64,000 nucleotides of DNA. Source: Laetmonice hystrix. Lineage: Eukaryota. The number at the start of each line of letters is the position of its first letter. Position 1 is the stretch's first letter. Shown in pieces: positions 62,853 through 64,000 of this stretch. Under the pieces are notes generated by a model, which saw only the letters and a list, made by a program, of their open reading frames with translations, had not been told where the DNA came from and did no database searches. The stretch lies in contig OZ249448.1 in NCBI GenBank assembly GCA_965235115.1, positions 18,786,001-18,850,000 of the forward strand, read 5' to 3'. A program made the translations under genes and the position numbers.

Positions 62853-63464
62853 CGGATCGGCGATCTCTGAATTACGTATGGCGTCAGACTGAGGGAGGGA
62901 GGGAGGAGGGGGGGGGGGTCTGACGGATCGGTGATCTCTGAATTACGTATGGCGTCAGACTGAGGGAGGGAGGGAGGGAGGGAGAGGGGGGGGTCTGACG
63001 GATTGGTGATCTCTGAATTACGTATGGCGTCAGACTGAGGGAGGGAGGGAGGGAGGGGGGGTCTGATGGATTGGTGATCTCTGAATTACGTATGGCGTCA
63101 GACTGAGGGAGGGAGGGAGGGAGGGGGGTCTGATGGATTGGTGATCTCTGAATTACGTATGGCGTCAGACTGAGGGAGGGAGGGAGGGAGGGGGGGTCTG
63201 ATGGATTGGTGATCTCTGAATTACGTATGGCGTCAGACTGAGGGAGGGAGGGGGGGGGGGGTCTGACGGATTGGTGATCTCTGAATTACGTATGGCGTCA
63301 GACTGAGGGAGGGAGGGAGGGAGGGGGGGTCTGATGGATTGGTGATCTCTGAATTACGTATGGCGTCAGACTGAGGGAGGGAGGGGGGGGGGGTCTGGCG
63401 GATCGGCGATCTCTGAATTACGTATGGCGTCAGACTGAGGGAGGGAGGGAGGGGGGGGGCTGAC
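62853..63464. repeat. Variable-length (about 64-76 bp) minisatellite, 9 copies, with a (GGGA)n/poly-G core
   Basis: Unit GGATCGGTGATCTCTGAATTACGTATGGCGTCAGACTGA(GGGA)nGnGTCTGAC; the length differences come from the G tract. Confidence 0.97.
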
Positions 63465-64000
63465 TGGTAATCATTGTTCTCGAGAGGCGACTGACATCCC
63501 CTAGTACAGGTATAGGGTTAGGGCAGACAGCAACACGTGGCTGCTTTAGCCATGGTCCAAGTTCTGGTCACGTGGCCTTCCACAGAGAACACCACGTGAT
63601 CCGGGAAGCTCTGAAATCAGAGACGGACGATTTGATTGGTTGGATATGTGAATACACGAGTTCGGTTATAGGCTAGGTGTCATCCGACCAGCTTCTCATC
63701 TTTGGCTTCCGTGGCGGCGGTGCCTGCGGGGTCAGGGGGTGAAGGCACAGAGGGTCTCCGCCTCTACCCCCACCCCCTGACGTACGAGATCGTTTGAAGC
63801 GCACGGTTTCTCACCCCAGGGCGGGGGTTGTGACGTGTAAGGCCCGGGGTGACGAGTTCTACCCCCTCCCCGCCCGATTACCTGGTCTCCTGCAGGAACC
63901 AGGTGCATGCCCGTCAGCCGACGCTCCCTTGTCCCTTGCTCTTGCGTGTGCTCACGCAGAACCCGTGTCAAAGCCCTTAGGGTTGACTCCGTGAGCCTCG

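Noticed and set aside
46960-64000. Exons of a neighbouring gene (e.g. a linked Tbx4/5 or a second T-box copy)
   Set aside because: I recognised no T-box or other protein motif by eye in either flank. Short exons could be missed; BLASTx or RNA-seq would settle this.

Overview
Eukaryotic (animal) genomic DNA with two N-gaps. No prokaryotic-type system such as CRISPR or an operon is present. The one gene I can support is a complete six-exon Tbx2/3 (optomotor-blind-class) T-box transcription factor on the minus strand. Its CDS is join(complement 46038-46357, 36782-37049, 19149-19295, 16423-16499, 14955-15196, 11824-13046), which is 2277 nt or 758 aa plus stop. All five introns are GT-AG with matching phases. 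The six-frame track sees only fragments of this gene and misses exons 3 and 4. The remainder is large introns and flanks containing about 12 unrelated minisatellite arrays (about 7 kb, roughly 11% of the window), two short TIR-bounded elements (one a hAT-like MITE with an 8-bp TSD), a tRNA-derived SINE relic, many poly-G/C tracts and GC/CpG-rich patches with candidate regulatory motifs. The host looks like a non-vertebrate bilaterian, possibly a lophotrochozoan; this is inference only. The leads most worth following are an RS-dipeptide tract in the Tbx2/3 protein, an upstream minisatellite carrying 14 T-box core sites, three perfect Pbx-Meis decamers, a BMP-type element, a DR5 element, a CTCF-like site, and a repeat whose unit is a G4-forming loop closed by a stem. 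Motif-level calls are hypotheses made by eye, not validated elements.
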